This document shows, in pieces, positions 60,185 through 64,000 of a DNA stretch of 64,000 bases (position 1 is the stretch's first letter; each line of letters opens with the position of its first letter). The stretch comes from an uncultured Acidobacteriota bacterium (GTDB lineage Bacteria > Acidobacteriota > Thermoanaerobaculia > Multivoradales > SZUA-115), in NCBI GenBank assembly GCA_963805975.1, contig CAWDVR010000004.1:512001-576000 (forward strand), given 5' to 3'. The position numbers and the translations under genes are program-made. The notes under the pieces were generated by a model. That model did not search any database. It had not been told where the DNA came from and saw only the letters and a list, made by a program, of their open reading frames with translations.

Positions 60185-63100
60185 TCACCGCCGCAGGCGT
60201 ACGCGGGCCTCCTCGCCTTCTGCCAGCACGTCTCGAATCCAGTGACCTGCCCGCTGCGCGATGCTGCGCCCGAGAGACAAGCTCCAGGTCACGGCGATGT
60301 CGAAGGCACGGGGAGCAGCTTCCGCCGAAGCGCGAGCCAGGTTGCCCAAGTGGGAGGCTGCCGCATCGGGTGGCAATCCACGACTGGAGGCGACCTCGAC
60401 CCAGGCCGCTCGCCAGGCCAGCTCTGAGACGTCCCGTGGCGGCCGGCCGGGCTCGGGAAGCTCTGCGAAGGCACGCTGTTGGCCGTCGAGGTGCCGGAGC
60501 CAGGTCACGGCCTCGGCCGAGTTGGCGAAGAGCCTGACGGCCTCCTCTGGCCGCAGAGCCTCGCCTCCGGCGAGCCGCTTCGCCCGTTCCAGGATCTCGG
60601 GGGTCAACCGCGCCAGCGCGTCGAGGCCGGCGCGCGGGTCCTCGGTCGGCCTGGCCATGGGCAGTGTGATTCGGTGAGCGGGGATCTCGATCAGGAGAGC
60701 CGCATTCAGCCGGCGCAGGGCCTCGGGGGAGAGGTCCCCGGCAGCAACCCGCGAGGTGATCTCCGCCAACCGCTCGCGGGCCGTGGCCGATTGGATGGCG
60801 AGGGCCTCTTCCACGGCTGCCCGCTCCGAAGACTCGACCCGCCACCAGCCGTAGCCGCGAAGCGCCTCGGCAGGCTCCTGGCGCGTGAGCTCACGGAGCT
60901 TCTGCTCCGCACTCGCCGGCCGGGCCTCTCGCGCTTCCGCGCGCTCCAGTAGGAGCTGGGCGACGGTTCGCTCCTGCAACGACTCCACGGCTTCCGGCCA
61001 GCGCTGGGCAAGCCCTCCTTCTGCGCGCAGCCTCGTCCAGTGCGCCTCCAGCTCGCCGAGGTGGGCGCGACACTCGGCGACGGAAGTCGAGGCGCCTGCC
61101 GGCGCCTGGGGCGAAAGCCCAAGCTGGATCAAGAGCCGCGCTTCCCGCCGAATCAATCGCTCGTAAGCGTTCCAGGTCTCGTCGGGCCGCTCGCGTTCCA
61201 GGAGTGCCCAGCCGAAGCGCTCTCGATGGAGGGAGAGCTGTACCAAGGCCAGCCGCGAGTACGCATGCTCGGCCTGCTCCATCTCTCCCCGAGCGAGACT
61301 GTAGGTGTGAGCGAGCGCCTGATAGGCGGAGATCCTCTCCAGTGACGGGGCCGCTTCGATGCTCGCCGCGGCCGTCTCCACCCGCTGCCAAGCCGAAAAC
61401 ATCTTCCCGCGCGCATCCTCGAAGGCTTGCCGAGCCTCGCGAAGCCTGCCGGCAAGCTCGCCCTCGACTACCAGCAACCGGTCTCCAGCCTCCCGCGATC
61501 CTCCTGGCTCCCGGGCCAGTGCTTCGGCGATCACCTCCCGATTGACCCTCTGGGCTCGTGCGAGAAAGTCGTCCACGGGCTCGTAGGTCCCAGCGGCGCC
61601 TGGGTCGTGAGGAGACCGCCGCTCTGGAAGTGACAAACGAGCTTCGATGCCGCCCAGACGGCCCGGAGATGGAAAGTCAACGCGGGAGTAGTGGAGCGGG
61701 ATCTCCGCGCGAGCGAGAGGCGCTTCGAGGCGTGGAGTGTCCAAACGTCGTAGCCGCTCGTGTAGATCCTCGCGGCGTTCGCTGCGCAGCCCGTCGAGCC
61801 AGGGCCGCGACGCCGAGAACGGCTCCTCCCGTACCTCGGCAAGCCTCACTCGGACCCGCTCGCCAGCCGCTTCGAACGAGGTTCCGGGGAGTCGGATGGC
61901 ATCTCGGAATATGCCCCGCGGCTCTGCGATGCCGAAGCGGTCCGCGAGGCCCTGGCGCAACGCCTGCTCCTCGTCCTGCGAGAGGGCCTGATGGCTTCGT
62001 AGCCACAGGTCATAGCGCTCGCCCGCACGAACCAGGACGGCCGGCTCGAAGCCATGATGGCGCAGAGTGACCACCTGCTCGGCGGTCAAGTCGCGAAAGG
62101 CCACCCTGCGGGACCGGTCCTCGCCGATCCGCCGCGCCAGAATCGCAGCCGCTCCCGAGCGCTCTGCCCGGCGGGCCTCGGTGAGCGCCTGTTGGAGGGT
62201 CAGGCTGCCCCGCGATGGGTCGAGCAAGCGAGCCTCGACCCGCTGCAAACCCTCTGCGGCCTCCTTGGGGCTCAAGGGCAGCACGATGTAGCTTCCTCCC
62301 GGCATGGAGCGGTCCGTGCGAAGCCAGTCGAGCGAGACGAGCTGCCGGGCCGGCAGCTCCGGCCGTTGGTTGAGCTGCCGCAGATCCTCGGCGCCGTCCG
62401 GCTCGTGTTGCAGAGCCTTGCGAAGCCTCCGAGGGCGGGAGCCCTGCTCGGGTGAGCCTTGGGAGGGAGCACTACCTGCCAGACGAAGCACCTGCTCCCG
62501 GTCGCGACCGGGATCGTAGGCGAGCTGGAAGGTGGAGACGAGCTTGCCTGCGCGGAAGGCTCGACCGAGCTGCGACCCCTTGAAGGCTATGCCATCGCGC
62601 GAGAAGGAGATCCCTCTTAGCTCACCATCCTTGTCCAAGAGTACGTGCGTCGAAAACCCTCGGGCTCGTAACGTCGCCAGAAACTCAGCAAGGGTCCGTG
62701 CGTCCCTCGCCACCTGGGCCACTTCCACCTGAAACACGGCCCGCATCGACTCCTCACCCTGCGCGGCGCGCTTCATCTCGCCTTGGCTGGGACTCTTGAG
62801 GAACGCCGCCTCGGGCGGTTCGACTCGCACGAGGTTCCATCGGTTCTCGATCTCGCGGGCGATCCGTACACAGCGCAGCTTGTCGAAAGCCTCGGAGATT
62901 GGCTGGCCCTCCCAGGTCGTCGGTGTGGTCACGAGGTGCACGTGGTCGTTGTCGGTGTCCTTGTGGAGGAAGGCCACGTAGGGCGCTTCGCCGTAGCCCA
63001 TCCTTTGGAGGAAGAAACGCACCGCCTCTCGCATCTCGTCGTCCGGCCGATGCTCGCCGGTCGCGTACGAGAGGACGAAATGCTTCACGAACTGCTTCTT

Positions 63101-63268
63101 CCTGGACCGATAGGTACTGTTGACATCCGTGATCCAGCTCGCCCACTCGCTGGGGGTGGAGCCTGGGATGTTGGCGTCCAAGAGAAAGGCGTTGGGTCGT
63201 GCCGTGCGCCCAAGGTAGTCGATCAGCCGCCGAGGCTGCGAGCCCACCTTGCACAGCTTCACGATCAC
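60185..63268 (-). CDS. MOBP-type (MobA/VirD2-like) relaxase with a central RepB'-primase-like region and long helical tail
   Basis: IDYL (motif I Tyr), HFVLSY and LHKDTDNDHVHLV HUH motif; GISF...FKGSQLG; GFEPAVLV...WL...IRLPG. Confidence 0.88.
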   Translation of the reverse strand: MIVKLCKVGSQPRRLIDYLGRTARPNAFLLDANIPGSTPSEWASWITDVNSTYRSRKKQFVKHFVLSYATGEHRPDDEMREAVRFFLQRMGYGEAPYVAFLHKDTDNDHVHLVTTPTTWEGQPISEAFDKLRCVRIAREIENRWNLVRVEPPEAAFLKSPSQGEMKRAAQGEESMRAVFQVEVAQVARDARTLAEFLATLRARGFSTHVLLDKDGELRGISFSRDGIAFKGSQLGRAFRAGKLVSTFQLAYDPGRDREQVLRLAGSAPSQGSPEQGSRPRRLRKALQHEPDGAEDLRQLNQRPELPARQLVSLDWLRTDRSMPGGSYIVLPLSPKEAAEGLQRVEARLLDPSRGSLTLQQALTEARRAERSGAAAILARRIGEDRSRRVAFRDLTAEQVVTLRHHGFEPAVLVRAGERYDLWLRSHQALSQDEEQALRQGLADRFGIAEPRGIFRDAIRLPGTSFEAAGERVRVRLAEVREEPFSASRPWLDGLRSERREDLHERLRRLDTPRLEAPLARAEIPLHYSRVDFPSPGRLGGIEARLSLPERRSPHDPGAAGTYEPVDDFLARAQRVNREVIAEALAREPGGSREAGDRLLVVEGELAGRLREARQAFEDARGKMFSAWQRVETAAASIEAAPSLERISAYQALAHTYSLARGEMEQAEHAYSRLALVQLSLHRERFGWALLERERPDETWNAYERLIRREARLLIQLGLSPQAPAGASTSVAECRAHLGELEAHWTRLRAEGGLAQRWPEAVESLQERTVAQLLLERAEAREARPASAEQKLRELTRQEPAEALRGYGWWRVESSERAAVEEALAIQSATARERLAEITSRVAAGDLSPEALRRLNAALLIEIPAHRITLPMARPTEDPRAGLDALARLTPEILERAKRLAGGEALRPEEAVRLFANSAEAVTWLRHLDGQQRAFAELPEPGRPPRDVSELAWRAAWVEVASSRGLPPDAAASHLGNLARASAEAAPRAFDIAVTWSLSLGRSIAQRAGHWIRDVLAEGEEARVRLRR

Positions 63269-63666
63269 GGCGACTCTCCAGCCGCCCTCTCGCCACCCAG
63301 CACGGCGAAGATTGTCTCCAGGAGCAGCCGAAGCCTCTCGAGGGTCGGAGCCAGGGCCTCCGGCGCCCGATGGGTGTAGGTGAGGACGAGAAGTTGGTTG
63401 AGATTGTTGCCCAGCCGGTTGAGCTCCCCGATCAGGCGCAGGTCGACCGCGGAGCGTGCGGGGCGCACTCGGTGTCGCAGTCCTAGCTCTCGGAGGTAGG
63501 AGGAGACCGCCAACCCTGCCGCAGTAGCCGACTCCTCAAGCGTAGCGAGCTCCGTGGGTGAGAGCCGAACTCGACAACCGAGGTTGCGCCGCTCAGGCTC
63601 GGGCAACTGGGGCCGGCCTCGCTGGCGAGGTCGGACACCCGATCCTTGGCGCAGTGTGTCGCTCAA
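63265..63666 (-). CDS. mobC: Relaxosome accessory protein MobC
   Basis: RHH pattern RLSPTE...A..AGL.VSSYLR and ELNRLGNNLNQL; overlaps the relaxase start. Confidence 0.9.
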   Translation of the reverse strand: MSDTLRQGSGVRPRQRGRPQLPEPERRNLGCRVRLSPTELATLEESATAAGLAVSSYLRELGLRHRVRPARSAVDLRLIGELNRLGNNLNQLLVLTYTHRAPEALAPTLERLRLLLETIFAVLGGERAAGESP

Positions 63667-63719
63667 CTCGTCGCCACTCCGGGACCGGGGCAGGAGCGCT
63701 CCTCACTTTGCGGCTGGTC

Positions 63720-63980
63720 AAATTTACGGCCGTAAACGCGGCCCGATAGTCGAGGGGTCCAGCCTGAAAAATTTTGGCCCCAAAATTCGCACAAGTACCT
63801 CAGCGAGAGCTGTTCGGTTAGGACTCGCCGGCGTGAAGTTGAAATCGGTCCGCTTCCGTTTACGGTTCGTAAATCTGCGCCATCGTCTCGGCGAGCGCGG
63901 TGGGTCAGAACTCGCCGCAGAAGCCTCTTCCCGAGCGGAGCGAGCGCTTCCGGGGGTCCAGGGGCTCGCCCCTGGCAAGC
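63720..63980. other. Candidate oriT region
   Basis: Non-coding DNA upstream of mobC with TTTACGGCCGTAAA palindrome, AATTTTGG-CC-CCAAAATT inverted repeat and CCAGGGG-GCTCG-CCCCTGG hairpin. Confidence 0.5.
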
Positions 63981-64000
63981 GGCCCGTGAGCTTGCGAGCG

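Larger units (their letters stand above)
54800..64000. mobile_element. Integrative mobilisable element / genomic island (left edge approximate; extends beyond the window)
   Basis: Tyrosine integrase, excisionase remnant, relaxase, MobC, lower-GC cargo and a shift in codon style. Confidence 0.8.

Overview
GC-rich bacterial DNA; gene content and style suggest Acidobacteriota (Thermoanaerobaculia-like), which is an inference. The most notable region is 2.2-7.4 kb: a lasso-peptide (RiPP) gene cluster encoding B1/RRE, B2 protease, a precursor (predicted core ALGVLGRDGLAGSRPRT) and a cyclase, plus two tailoring enzymes. One is a eukaryote-type protein-arginine-methyltransferase (PRMT)-like enzyme with an RRE-like N-terminus; the other is an HPr-kinase-like lasso kinase. 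The cluster follows a giant SdrD_B-repeat protein and precedes a convergent SARP/BTAD-ATPase regulator. The middle of the window is mostly housekeeping: CIRCE-controlled groESL, a Mn/Zn ABC transporter with DtxR-fused permease, tricorn protease, a TonB receptor with a CxxC/RGPP leader ORF, mutM, udk, apgM, argS, and an ECF sigma/anti-sigma/ABC operon. Four small toxin-antitoxin-type modules, a Cys-rich secreted peptide and a ZnF-TPR/secreted-peptide pair are interspersed. From about 54.8 kb to the end lies an integrative mobilisable element (tyrosine integrase, broken excisionase, MOBP relaxase with a degenerate primase-like domain, mobC, oriT-like palindromes). Its cargo looks like a decayed integron cassette array with two attC-like sites. 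No rRNA, tRNA or CRISPR array was recognised. All family calls come from motif recognition by eye, not database searches.
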